From the NCBI GenBank assembly GCA_965261395.1, contig OZ253462.1:2400001-2464000 (forward strand): a stretch of 64,000 bases of DNA. Reading direction: 5' to 3'. Shown here one piece after another: positions 8,603 to 18,151 of the stretch (positions are counted from its first letter, which is position 1; every line of letters starts with the position of its first letter). A program made the position numbers and the translations under genes. The notes beneath the pieces are model-generated. The model saw nothing but the letters and a program-made list of their open reading frames with translations. It was not told the origin of the DNA and ran no database searches. This DNA is from Candidatus Latescibacterota bacterium. Lineage in GTDB: Bacteria > Latescibacterota > UBA2968 > UBA8231.

Positions 8603-9891
8603 GCGGTCTCCTCCCGGTTGACGGCCGGTGCCGGAAGCGAGGCGATCTGCGGCTCAGCAGCGCGTTGATTGCCCATTAGTCGATAGTGGGTCGTCAAAAC
8701 GCCCAGCGCTGCCACGTGCAGCAGGACGACCAAGAGCCAATAAACAACCGCCAACAGATTGGCCACCAAGCCGACGGCGATGAACAACGAAAGGAAGTCC
8801 CGCTTGGTAATAAAGCCGGCGCGCTCTAGGAACCGATAGCTCCAGTCCTTTTCGCCATCGGGAACCTTGTTGCCCAAGTCGCCTAGGTAGTATTGTAAGC
8901 TGCCAGTGCCGGTTTTTAGGGCATAGCTGTAGAGCAGGACTAGGGTCAGGACCATCGAGGCGATGGCGGAGATGCCGGCGTAGATGGGCAGGTAATTGTC
9001 GGGATAAAGATGCCACATACCGGCCATCAGCGCGGCGTAGCCGAAGAGATAGGCGAGGTTGTCGGTGACCGTATCGAACCAAGCGCCGAATTTGGTCTCG
9101 GCTAGCTTGACCCGAGCGATCTCGCCGTCGCAGCCGTCGAGGATGGAGGCGAGCTGCCAAAGGATGCCGGCGACGGCGAGCCGCAGGTAGTCGTCGGGCT
9201 GCGTCGCCAGATAGGCGGCGAACAGGCCCGGGCACAGGACCATAAAAAAGGTCACCATGTTGGGCGAGACGCCGGTATCGACGATGAGTTTGCTGATGGG
9301 CACGGAGATGCGCACATTGAGCAGGCGTGCCACCGTGCCGCTGGTGGTCTTGCTCACTTGCTCGAAGAGCATGTTCTTAGCGGCGCGCGCGCTGCGCTTG
9401 TCGGTTACGTGTTGCCACAGGTTCGGCGCGATGTCTTCGCGGCGGTGCGGACGCTCTTCGAATGCGCTCCAGAGGTCGCCGGTTAGCGCATCCGGGGGCA
9501 ACGCGCCTGGGGCGCAGAGAAACGCTCCGCTGCTGACGCGGCCGTCGCCGCTGGTCTGCGCGACGAGGTCATCTCGTTGCAGGCCCGCGGCGATGAGGGC
9601 TTGCAGTGAAGAGGGGTGGTGGACGCAATCGCCCCTGAGCAGCAGCAAGGGCACTTCGGGTAGGCAAGCGGCCTCCGGGGTGGTTTGCTCTACTTGAATG
9701 TCGAGGTCGGGGACTGGGGATTTGCCGCTGGGGGCGTGGCCGGGGGGAAGCACGAGCAAGAGGCGCTTGATGCCCGCGCTGGCCACGGTGCGGATCCCGC
9801 GCTGGAGGAGGGTGCGGCCAGCGACCTGCACATCGGTTGCAGCGCCAGCGGGGAAAATCAAAATGCCTTGCTCAATTGCGCGCTTTCGCAT
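8599..9891 (-). CDS. CDP-alcohol phosphatidyltransferase with degenerate N-terminal nucleotidyltransferase-like domain (IPCT/DIPPS-like layout)
   Basis: SPNMVT and DGCDGEIARx8GAWFDTVTD signature; start inferred at ATG 9891. Confidence 0.8.
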   Translation of the reverse strand: MRKRAIEQGILIFPAGAATDVQVAGRTLLQRGIRTVASAGIKRLLLVLPPGHAPSGKSPVPDLDIQVEQTTPEAACLPEVPLLLLRGDCVHHPSSLQALIAAGLQRDDLVAQTSGDGRVSSGAFLCAPGALPPDALTGDLWSAFEERPHRREDIAPNLWQHVTDKRSARAAKNMLFEQVSKTTSGTVARLLNVRISVPISKLIVDTGVSPNMVTFFMVLCPGLFAAYLATQPDDYLRLAVAGILWQLASILDGCDGEIARVKLAETKFGAWFDTVTDNLAYLFGYAALMAGMWHLYPDNYLPIYAGISAIASMVLTLVLLYSYALKTGTGSLQYYLGDLGNKVPDGEKDWSYRFLERAGFITKRDFLSLFIAVGLVANLLAVVYWLLVVLLHVAALGVLTTHYRLMGNQRAAEPQIASLPAPAVNREETA

Positions 9892-9994
9892 GCGTTTGCC
9901 GTTCAATTTGGGGAGTGAATAGAAGAAGTGCTTATTAAAGAAACACTTAGTATAAAGAATTTTGCATTGTTTGTCGGACCTTAATTTCATGTGG

Positions 9995-10011
9995 CCATTG
10001 TGTTACAATGG
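9995..10011 (+). promoter_or_regulatory. 7-3-7 inverted repeat overlapping an extended -10 (TGnTACAAT)
   Basis: CCATTGT-GTT-ACAATGG in the divergent intergenic region, 16 nt before ATG 10028. Confidence 0.45.
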
Positions 10012-10027
10012 ACAGAAAGGGCGCGTC

Positions 10028-12046
10028 ATGGTGGTTAAGATCCTCACATGGCTGCTGCTGGTATGCTGGGCCACGGCTAGCAGTGCCCAGCGGCAAAATT
10101 GGCAAATCGGCGGCGCGGGCTTGGCTTGGAGCGAGGGCGATTCTTCCACGGTGCTCGTCGATTTCGACTCAGTGCCCGGCGCTATTCAGCCCGTCTATAT
10201 CGACCCCGACCAAAGTCTGTTTTCGCTCTTTACCGACTGGGAGCCGCTCAAAGAGCCGCGCGAGTTGACCTATGTCGAAGGCGAGACGCCACGGGCTTGG
10301 AAGGGTGCGCAGGGCAACGAGACGACGGCCCACAATGGCACCTATATGGTCGATGGCGACAGTATGTCTTTCAATCCGCCGGTCTCTTCCAATCCCGAAT
10401 CGGTCTGGTACACCATTGATCTAGCCGTACCGGTGCCTGCGCACCGCTTTGGTTTTTTCACTCCGCCTCGGGGCTTTCGCGCCGACGGCATCCCCTTTGC
10501 CCAAGATGCCGTGCCGGCCTACGAGGTGTCTATCGCGGCGGAAGGCGATCCGAGTTGGCTCGAAGGGAGCCAACCCTACAAGCGCATTGGTCCATTGATT
10601 GCCGACGTGGCCGAAAATTTTATCGCCCGGGTGCAGATCGAATTTCCCAGACAATACGTGCGCTTCGTGCGCTACAAGCGGAAGACCTCGCTGTTGGATT
10701 CGGGGAGGGGAGGCAACACTAGCGTGAGTTCGGGGACCGCTTTCAAGGGGTCCATCGGCGACTTTGAACTCTTTGGCGAGGGGGTGCCGCGCAAGGCGGT
10801 TTACCGCTCGCGGATTTTCGCCTTGGAAAAGCCCGTCAACTTCGGTCGCCTGTCCTGGGCGGCAACGGCGCTGCGCCTAGTCGATGGAGAACGGGTGGAG
10901 GCACCCGATGCCGAGGTGGGGGTGGAGATTGAGGTGCGTACGGGGCGCGACGGGGATCCAAATATCTACCACGAATACACCGACCGCGGGGGTGAGGAAG
11001 TGGTGACGCGCGAGCGCTACGATTTGGTTTTGCAGCCGCGCTGGCGCGCGGGTCTCCTGCGCGACCCCCGGCCGGGAATGCGGGCCCCGATTACCTACGA
11101 TAGCGACAACTGGTCTTTCTGGTCGTTGCCCTTTTTTGAGTCGGGGCTGGTGCTTGACCTCAAGGGGGGGACCCATTTCCAGTTGCGGATTACACTCAAA
11201 AGCGAGGACTCCGCCGCATTCGTGCGGCTCGACTCGTTGTGGGTTGAGACCGCGCCGCTACTGGCTAGCCGGGTCGTGGGCGAGGTCGCGCTAGCCGGCG
11301 ACGTGCAGCCGGCCGGGGGCTTGACCCAAGTGCCGTTGGGGGAAGCGGCGGAACTGATCTACGACATCCGCGGCGAATTTGCCGGTGAGGGAGCAGGCTT
11401 TGACGCGCTGAGGATTCGCACTGGGACGCGGGCTGTGTTTACCCGGCTAGAGATGGGGAACCCTCCAAGGGCGATCGAGCCGGTTGAAGTCGTCGAGGGC
11501 GACGGGGAACTAGCGGTGGTGTTGCCGGAGCGGATCGGACCGGGAGACGCGGAGGGGGCACGGGTCGTCTTTGTCGCCGATGTGTTCTCGCTGGCCTGGA
11601 CGTTTGCGGGCGAGGTCTATAATGCAGGCGTCGATGCGCTACCCCAGCCCGTCGAACCGGGCGATGCCAGCGCCGAACTGGGGACCAATAGTCTGCGGGT
11701 TTTAGGGATGGCTGGGCAAAGCGATGGGCCGGTGGTAGGATTGGATCTTTCCACTAGGGTGCTGACGCCCAATGGCGACGGAGTCCACGACGAGGTCGAG
11801 ATCAGCTATGCGCTGGTGGGGTTGCCCGAGGATGTCCCCGTGGTGTTTAAGGTGTATTCGCTCGACGGGAGGCGGGTAGCCCAGCGGTCGTTGGGTGCGC
11901 AGCGCTTCGGTGCGCAGCGGGTGCGCTGGGATGGGCGCAATGGGGACGGGGTTTTATTGTCGCCCGGTCTCTATCTAGTTGAAGTAGCGCCTGAAGCCGA
12001 GCGGCAGGGGGTGCGTCGGTTGCGCCCATTAACACTAATCTACTGA
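10028..12046 (+). CDS. Secreted protein with discoidin-like region and C-terminal FlgD-Ig/gliding-motility-CTD-like tail
   Basis: Signal peptide (ASSA); LTPNGDGVHD...VYSLDGRRV...WDGRNGDG..LSPGLY. Confidence 0.7.
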   Translation: MVVKILTWLLLVCWATASSAQRQNWQIGGAGLAWSEGDSSTVLVDFDSVPGAIQPVYIDPDQSLFSLFTDWEPLKEPRELTYVEGETPRAWKGAQGNETTAHNGTYMVDGDSMSFNPPVSSNPESVWYTIDLAVPVPAHRFGFFTPPRGFRADGIPFAQDAVPAYEVSIAAEGDPSWLEGSQPYKRIGPLIADVAENFIARVQIEFPRQYVRFVRYKRKTSLLDSGRGGNTSVSSGTAFKGSIGDFELFGEGVPRKAVYRSRIFALEKPVNFGRLSWAATALRLVDGERVEAPDAEVGVEIEVRTGRDGDPNIYHEYTDRGGEEVVTRERYDLVLQPRWRAGLLRDPRPGMRAPITYDSDNWSFWSLPFFESGLVLDLKGGTHFQLRITLKSEDSAAFVRLDSLWVETAPLLASRVVGEVALAGDVQPAGGLTQVPLGEAAELIYDIRGEFAGEGAGFDALRIRTGTRAVFTRLEMGNPPRAIEPVEVVEGDGELAVVLPERIGPGDAEGARVVFVADVFSLAWTFAGEVYNAGVDALPQPVEPGDASAELGTNSLRVLGMAGQSDGPVVGLDLSTRVLTPNGDGVHDEVEISYALVGLPEDVPVVFKVYSLDGRRVAQRSLGAQRFGAQRVRWDGRNGDGVLLSPGLYLVEVAPEAERQGVRRLRPLTLIY

Positions 12047-12050
12047 GAGC

Positions 12051-14414
12051 ATGGCGATGCGCTCGTTTTATGCGCTATGGGTGATGCTGCTATTGGGAAT
12101 AAGCGGCGCGGTATGGGCCGATGAGCTGCGCTTCGACCGTGCGGCAGCGTGGCGGACTTGGCAGATGCCCAACGACTTGATACAGATCGATGCCGACGGT
12201 AGGCTGCGGCTGACGAAGTTCCGCAAGGAAATCAACGCCGTGGCCAACGCCGGAGATTTTCGCCACGAGACGAAGGAGCGGGGCGAGGTGGTCGGCGGGA
12301 TCTGGGAGGCCAAGAGCAACCCGCAGACGGCAAATTTGATTGTCGATGGCGATCTGGAAACCTTCTGGCAACCCAACCCCGACGATGCGCTTGATCAGTG
12401 GTCGGTGCAGATCGATTTGGGCCGTCCGGTACTGGCGCGTCAGATTCGCTTGGTCTTTCCCGACCGCGAGGGGGCGCGGCCCTTGCGGCAATTCAGCGTC
12501 TTTCTCGCCTCGGGTGCCCGAATCCAGGCGCTCAACGATGTCTTCAAGTTTGAAGCGATCTATCGCACATCCAGACCCCATACCGCTACCGAACTGGTGA
12601 TTCCCTTGGAGTATCTAGGAACCGACAGCACCTATGTACTCGACGAGGGGCTGGCGCTCGATTTTGAGCGCGAGAAGCGCTTTCAAGTGATCCAGTATAT
12701 CATTATCGAAATCGACGAGCACAGCCCGGGCGTGGCGCTGGCGGAGGTCGAGGTTTTGGCGGTGGGGGACAATGTGAGCTTGGGCACGGCGGGTCGCGGT
12801 GGCAGTTTTCTCGAAGGCGGACGGACTACGGGCGCGGCCCTGATGTTCGACGGCGATATGGACAGCTTCGCGCTGTTGACCAGTGCCGAAGGCGGCTGGC
12901 ACGACGCGGGTGTGTGGTGGCGGGTAGATTTAGGGGCGGTGTTTTTTCTCGACGAGCTTTTCATTTACTTCAGCCAGCTAGGCGAAGGGCTACGCAGTCA
13001 GGTCCAAGGCGGCAACCCTTCGGCAGCGGGCGGGCTTTTCTTGGTCTCCGATGGCCGCCCGGCCGCGGGATCGGGATTGCCGGTACCCGAGCAGGTTGAC
13101 TACGAGGTACTGGTCGAAGATCGCTGTCGGCCCCAGTGTTTGGGGCGACTTTTTCACCAGCGCTACCTATTCGCCCCGCGCAAGATCCGCTACCTGCTCT
13201 GGCACGAGATAGACGGGGCGGCAACAGGCTTTGGTTGGGGCCTAGAGACCATGCTTTTTTCTCCAGGGTACCCGGCGCGCGTGGAGATGCGCTCGGGCTT
13301 TGTCGATTTAGCGACAGAAGCTGGCGACGGGCGGCCCCAGGTGATTGAGCGGCTGACGTGGGAAGCCCACCTGCCGCCGCAGACTAGAATCCAACTGCGC
13401 TCGCGGGCGGGCAACGCACTGCAGGAGGTGTACACTTTCTCCGACCGCAAAGGCGATATCGTCACCGAGGAGAAGTGGAACAGCTTGCCCAAGGTGTTAA
13501 AAGGCCCGATTGATACGACCTTGGTCGGCGGTGAAGATTGGGACGCTTGGAGCAATGTTTACCAGGCTTCGGGCGAGGCCTTCCAATCGGCGAGCCCGCG
13601 TCGCTTCGTGCAATTGGAGATGATTCTTGCAAGCGACGACCCGCACGTGGCTCCGGCAGTGGATGCGCTGACGATAGAGTTTACCGACGCGCTAGTGCAG
13701 TCGGCGCGGGGGCAAATCTGGCCACGGGAAGCTCGGCTCAACGAGGATACGCGCTTTACCTATACGCTGTGGCCGAGCACCGACGGGCAGGATAGCGGCT
13801 TTGATCGCTTGCGCTTTCGCATTCCCGGCGCGACCACGGGCAACGTGGCCCTGCGGATCGCCGGTGAGGACGTAGCGCCTCAGCAGGTGGCGCTGAGCGG
13901 CGATTCACTGTTGGTCTTGTTGCCGCACGTGGTGGTCGCCGATTCGGTGGAAGTGGATTTTACGGTGCGTCTTTGGGACAATGCAGCGCTGTTCGCACTC
14001 GACCTAGGCGCGAGTGAGCGCCCCGGGATCTGGCAGTCGGTAGTGCCGAGCGAACGACGGGCCAATATCGTGTTGTTACCCGGCCTGCCCGTCCAGGCTG
14101 CGCTCGTCGGCGACGTGAAGATCGCGCCCGCGGCGTTTACGCCCAACGGTGATGGGGTCAATGACTCGGTGGAGATCGACTTTATAGTTTTCAAGGCGCA
14201 GGGCATCCAGCCACAGGTACGGATTTTTGATGTTGCCGGTCGGTTGGTCGCCCAGCCGGGTGGCACCAAGGTTGCCGGACGCTGGCACTTTCGCTGGTCG
14301 GGGCACGCTGCGGACGGCGCGTTGGCGTTGCCGGGGATGTACCTCTGCCGGATTGATCTAGGGACGGCGAGCGGTAGCGCAGCGGTCTTGCGGCCGCTCG
14401 CCTTGGCCTATTAG
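12051..14414 (+). CDS. Secreted protein, paralogue of 40641-42965, discoidin-like domains plus FlgD-Ig tail
   Basis: Signal peptide; VDGDLETFW...IDLGR; RSRAGN...WSNVY...FQSASPRRF; FTPNGDGVND...PGMY. Confidence 0.7.
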   Translation: MAMRSFYALWVMLLLGISGAVWADELRFDRAAAWRTWQMPNDLIQIDADGRLRLTKFRKEINAVANAGDFRHETKERGEVVGGIWEAKSNPQTANLIVDGDLETFWQPNPDDALDQWSVQIDLGRPVLARQIRLVFPDREGARPLRQFSVFLASGARIQALNDVFKFEAIYRTSRPHTATELVIPLEYLGTDSTYVLDEGLALDFEREKRFQVIQYIIIEIDEHSPGVALAEVEVLAVGDNVSLGTAGRGGSFLEGGRTTGAALMFDGDMDSFALLTSAEGGWHDAGVWWRVDLGAVFFLDELFIYFSQLGEGLRSQVQGGNPSAAGGLFLVSDGRPAAGSGLPVPEQVDYEVLVEDRCRPQCLGRLFHQRYLFAPRKIRYLLWHEIDGAATGFGWGLETMLFSPGYPARVEMRSGFVDLATEAGDGRPQVIERLTWEAHLPPQTRIQLRSRAGNALQEVYTFSDRKGDIVTEEKWNSLPKVLKGPIDTTLVGGEDWDAWSNVYQASGEAFQSASPRRFVQLEMILASDDPHVAPAVDALTIEFTDALVQSARGQIWPREARLNEDTRFTYTLWPSTDGQDSGFDRLRFRIPGATTGNVALRIAGEDVAPQQVALSGDSLLVLLPHVVVADSVEVDFTVRLWDNAALFALDLGASERPGIWQSVVPSERRANIVLLPGLPVQAALVGDVKIAPAAFTPNGDGVNDSVEIDFIVFKAQGIQPQVRIFDVAGRLVAQPGGTKVAGRWHFRWSGHAADGALALPGMYLCRIDLGTASGSAAVLRPLALAY

Positions 14415-14446
14415 TTCCCAAACTCCAACGAGTAAAGGTAGGTATC

Positions 14447-15472
14447 ATGGCAGTTAAGACGTGTTTGATGATCGGTGCCAGCGGCATGGCTGGCGGTTGG
14501 ATCGAGCGGCTGACTCAGCGCCTCGGCGACAGAGTCCAGATCGTCGGGTTGGTGGATGTCAACGAGGAAGTGCTCGCCGCCCAAGGAGCCAAGCTCGGCT
14601 TGGGGGCCGAGCAGCTTTTTACCGATTACGAAGAGGCTTGCGCCAAGGTGCAGGCTGATTTCTGCGGCATTGCCACCCCGCCGCAGTTCCACAGCCCGCA
14701 GGCCATCGCCGCGCTGGAAGCGGGGATGCCGGTTATCTGCGAGAAGCCGATTGCCGATACCTTAGCAGCGGCCAAGGCCATGGCCGCCAAGGCCGAGGAG
14801 ACGGGGTTGCCCTGCGCGATTATCCAGAATTACCGCTACGCGCCCAACAAGCAGGAGGTGGTGCGGATTCGCGACGAAGGGAGACTGGGGCGGCTGCAGC
14901 ACATCTTTGGCCGCTACGCCTGCGACTATCGCGAATACATGTCGTGGGGCAAGGCGTGGCGACACGACATGGATTTCAGCTTGCTCTTTGAAGGCTCGGT
15001 GCATCACTTCGATATGATGCTCTTCTTGTCGGGGGGGAATTGCGAGGTGTTTCAAGGATTTGGGTGGAACCCGGCGTGGTCGAGCTTTAAACACTATTCG
15101 AGCGGATTTTATCTGATGAGGATGGACAATGGAGTGCACACAGCGTACGAGGGGAACAGTTCGGCGGCGGGGATTAAGAGTTGTTGGCACAGCGAGTACT
15201 ATCGCTTGGAGTTCGAGGAAGGGACGGTGGAGATAGGCGCGGGAGACGAGGTGCGAATTTATCGGGTGGGGCAGGAGGTGGAGGTGTATCCGGCGCCAGC
15301 CATGGAGTGGGCCGGGCACGAGTATTTGCTCAAGGAGTTTGTGGATTGGCTGGAGGGGGGCAAGGCGTCGGCGACGAGGATTGAAGATAATTTGCAGAGT
15401 TTCGCGCTAGTGATTGCGGCGATGGAGACGACAGAGGATGGGGAGCCCAAGCGAATTGCGGATTATTTGTAA
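14447..15472 (+). CDS. Gfo/Idh/MocA-family oxidoreductase
   Basis: IGASGMA, ATPPQFH, CEKPIA, QNYRY, SVHHFD. Confidence 0.9.
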   Translation: MAVKTCLMIGASGMAGGWIERLTQRLGDRVQIVGLVDVNEEVLAAQGAKLGLGAEQLFTDYEEACAKVQADFCGIATPPQFHSPQAIAALEAGMPVICEKPIADTLAAAKAMAAKAEETGLPCAIIQNYRYAPNKQEVVRIRDEGRLGRLQHIFGRYACDYREYMSWGKAWRHDMDFSLLFEGSVHHFDMMLFLSGGNCEVFQGFGWNPAWSSFKHYSSGFYLMRMDNGVHTAYEGNSSAAGIKSCWHSEYYRLEFEEGTVEIGAGDEVRIYRVGQEVEVYPAPAMEWAGHEYLLKEFVDWLEGGKASATRIEDNLQSFALVIAAMETTEDGEPKRIADYL

Positions 15473-15587
15473 AGTCTCGGCTTTAGAAACTAAGACGCAG
15501 ACGCACGGCTCTGGTCGTGCCATTGAAACTGAACAGGAATCGCGGAATCGCCTGTCCTAGCCGTCGTTGTTGCCGCGCAGCAGGAAC
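15355..15587 (+). repeat. Left copy of a three-block mosaic direct repeat
   Basis: 15355-15472 matches 17428-17545; 15481-15534 matches 17570-17623; 15549-15587 matches 17650-17688. Confidence 0.9.
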
Positions 15588-15693
15588 TTGCCGGGGTATG
15601 GAAAAAAGTACATCATATTCTGTTGAATCATCTCTATGTCGCTTTTGCGAGACGATCTGCACACGATTGTCTTGACAACCAAGGAGAGTCGCC

Positions 15694-17436
15694 ATGATTC
15701 GCTTCATCCTTTTTGTCCTCGTCCTCACCCTAGTCGCCTGCTCCGACCCTGCACCGGTAGCACCCCACCCTGCGGGCAAAGCCAACTGTGCCTTGTGCGG
15801 GTTCTTGGGCGACGACACCCACACCATTGCCGATGGGCAAGGTGCCCACGAAAGCCCCGAGCCCGACAGCCTGTCCGTTGTGTTCGCGGACTCCACTCTA
15901 GAGGGCGCAGTGAGGCAAGCATTGGATCGACTCCAAGGACGCCTCACACCGGAAGACGTCGCGTCCCTAACCCGTATATCGGCCAGTGGTAAGACCATTC
16001 ACAGTTTAGCCGGACTGGAGCACTTTACAGCCCTGAAAAAGCTAGATCTAAAGGACAACCAGATCGCCGATATAACACCGTTGGCGACCTTGGCCGAGGT
16101 GGATTCGTTGGCTCTGCAGGACAACCAGATTGTCGATGTGACGCCGCTAACCGGCTTGACCGGCCTGTCTTGGCTGGAACTAGGGAACAACCTGATTGAA
16201 GACGTGGCACCCTTGGTTGCCAACACCGGTCTGGGTGAAGGCGATCATGTCAACTTGGAGAACAACCCCCTCAGCGCCCAAGCTCTCAGTGAACAGATCC
16301 CCGCCTTGCAAGCACGAGGCGTCGAGGTTGAGTACACCATTGCCGACGAGCAAGACACTGATACAAGCTCCGACGGCGCTTCCATATTCGACGCTTTTAA
16401 CGCCATAAGCTCCGAATTGCCATCAATTGGTAGTATAGAGACTCGTCTTCTCACACATAGTGGGCGTGGGCCAAGATGGTCATCAGATGGTCAACGTATT
16501 GTTTTTTACTCCAGTCGTAACGGCCGGTGGGATATATATAGTATCGACTCTGATGGAACAAACGAAATCCGCCTAACGACACACGAAACTGGTGAATGGT
16601 CTCCGACGTGGTCGCCTGACGGTCTCAGAATTGCCTTCGTGTCTTACCGCGACGGTTACGCCGGTCACCAGAGTATTCATATCATGGACTCTGATGGAAA
16701 AAACGAAACTCGACTAACAGAAAATAACCGTCATGACGAATATCCAAGGTGGTCACCTGATGGTCGGCGTATAGCATACGTATCTGTTCTTCGTGAAAAT
16801 AATCGTCAAAACAGAGAGATATATGTCATGGACGCCGATGGTTCCAACAAGACCCGGCTCACGCAACATGTTGAGGATGACTGGTTGCCGGCGTGGTCGC
16901 CCGATGGTCAAAGTATTGCATTCTTGTCTCTACGCAATCTTGACATTGAGGTATATATCATGGATGCCGATGGGCGCAACAAGAAAAGACTCACGCAAAG
17001 GAATCCCAGCCATTACCCAGCGTGGTCCCCTGCACCTGATAGCAGACGCATTGCTTACAATTCACTTCCTTCATTTGATGATTATGGTAAGGGGCGTATT
17101 GCCTGGGGAGCGAACCATGAGATATATGTCATGGATGCCGATGGCCGCAACAAGAAAAGACTCACATGGGTTGAAGGCTCAGATTTCTGGCCAGCGTGGT
17201 CGCCTGATGGGGAACGTATTGCCTTTGTGTCTGAGCGTGATGGCGATATGGAGATATATGTCATGGACGCTGATGGGCGCAACGAGAAAAGACTCACATA
17301 CGGCGCTGGGAACGATGGTAATGTACCAAACGCCCTTGCGTGGTCGCCTGATCCTGATAGTCATAGAATCGTCTTTGAGCGAGGTCGGGACGAAGAAATA
17401 TATATCGTGGAGTTCATGGAAATTGAAGGGCGGTAA
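15694..17436 (+). CDS. Lipoprotein with internalin-like leucine-rich repeats fused to a TolB-like (PD40) beta-propeller
   Basis: LVAC lipobox; LxLxDNQIxDITPL repeats; about seven PxWSPDG/EIYVMDADG repeats; AAGGAG RBS. Confidence 0.85.
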   Translation: MIRFILFVLVLTLVACSDPAPVAPHPAGKANCALCGFLGDDTHTIADGQGAHESPEPDSLSVVFADSTLEGAVRQALDRLQGRLTPEDVASLTRISASGKTIHSLAGLEHFTALKKLDLKDNQIADITPLATLAEVDSLALQDNQIVDVTPLTGLTGLSWLELGNNLIEDVAPLVANTGLGEGDHVNLENNPLSAQALSEQIPALQARGVEVEYTIADEQDTDTSSDGASIFDAFNAISSELPSIGSIETRLLTHSGRGPRWSSDGQRIVFYSSRNGRWDIYSIDSDGTNEIRLTTHETGEWSPTWSPDGLRIAFVSYRDGYAGHQSIHIMDSDGKNETRLTENNRHDEYPRWSPDGRRIAYVSVLRENNRQNREIYVMDADGSNKTRLTQHVEDDWLPAWSPDGQSIAFLSLRNLDIEVYIMDADGRNKKRLTQRNPSHYPAWSPAPDSRRIAYNSLPSFDDYGKGRIAWGANHEIYVMDADGRNKKRLTWVEGSDFWPAWSPDGERIAFVSERDGDMEIYVMDADGRNEKRLTYGAGNDGNVPNALAWSPDPDSHRIVFERGRDEEIYIVEFMEIEGR

Positions 17437-17688
17437 GGCATCGGCGACGAGGATTGAAGATAATTTGCAGAGTTTTGCGCTGGTGATTGCGGCGCTGGAG
17501 ACGACGGTGGATGGGAAGCCCAAGCGAATTGCGGATTATCTGTAAGAAGCAATTCGCTTGGGCGCACTACTTTAGAAACTGAGGCGCAGACGCACGGCTC
17601 TGGTCGCGCCGTTAAAACCGAACTGATTCACTTCCCAAGGATACTGAAGCGCCTGTCCTAGCCGTCGTTGCCTCCCCGCAGCAGGAAC
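17428..17688 (+). repeat. Right copy of the mosaic direct repeat, including a dead allele of the oxidoreductase 3' end
   Basis: Translates GGKASATRIEDNLQSFALVIAALETTVDGKPKRIADYL* versus ...AAMETTEDGEPKRIADYL* at 15472. Confidence 0.9.
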
Positions 17689-18098
17689 ACGCCCATCGCG
17701 CCCGCAAGCAGCGGCAGCGTGGCGTCGATGAGGATCCACACGAGGCTGGCCGTATCCCCTCCTGCGGCGGTGAATGCAGGACTGAGCAGGATAAACCAGT
17801 TCCAGAAGAACAGGATGCCCACGAACAGGAAGCCGTAGAATTGCGCGTTGGCGGCAACAAACTCGCGCGTCACCGCGCCGCTGTCCCCCTCGCTGTCAGC
17901 GGCTTTCTTGCGGAGGTAGCCGAATATCACGCCCAAGGCGATGGCCAGCGCCATCAACGGGTCCAAGATGTCCCAAAGCGGGCTATACGGCTGCCCTTTG
18001 CTCGAGGTGTGATAGAGCGGTTCGACTACGGTGTGGACTGCGACCGCAACCGCCATCAGGACGAGAAATATGCCACTAATTCGCTTGAGCGTATCCAT
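17658..18098 (-). CDS. Hypothetical 4-TM membrane protein
   Basis: 146 aa, four hydrophobic helices; AGGAGG RBS. Confidence 0.75.
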   Translation of the reverse strand: MDTLKRISGIFLVLMAVAVAVHTVVEPLYHTSSKGQPYSPLWDILDPLMALAIALGVIFGYLRKKAADSEGDSGAVTREFVAANAQFYGFLFVGILFFWNWFILLSPAFTAAGGDTASLVWILIDATLPLLAGAMGVFLLRGGNDG

Positions 18099-18101
18099 GA
18101 T

Positions 18102-18115
18102 TCCCTCCTATGTGA
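18102..18115 (+). repeat. 14-bp direct repeat (RBS region of the membrane-protein gene), second copy at 21562-21575
   Basis: TCCCTCCTATGTGA identical at both sites; 17/19 with extension. Confidence 0.7.
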
Positions 18116-18151
18116 TGTGGTTGAATTTTCCCTCAAGTTAAGCACCTATGC

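Noticed and set aside
16793-17545. 250-aa alternative-frame ORF ending in the oxidoreductase C-terminus
   Set aside because: Off-frame read of the TolB repeats running into the duplicated gene end; not a plausible separate gene.
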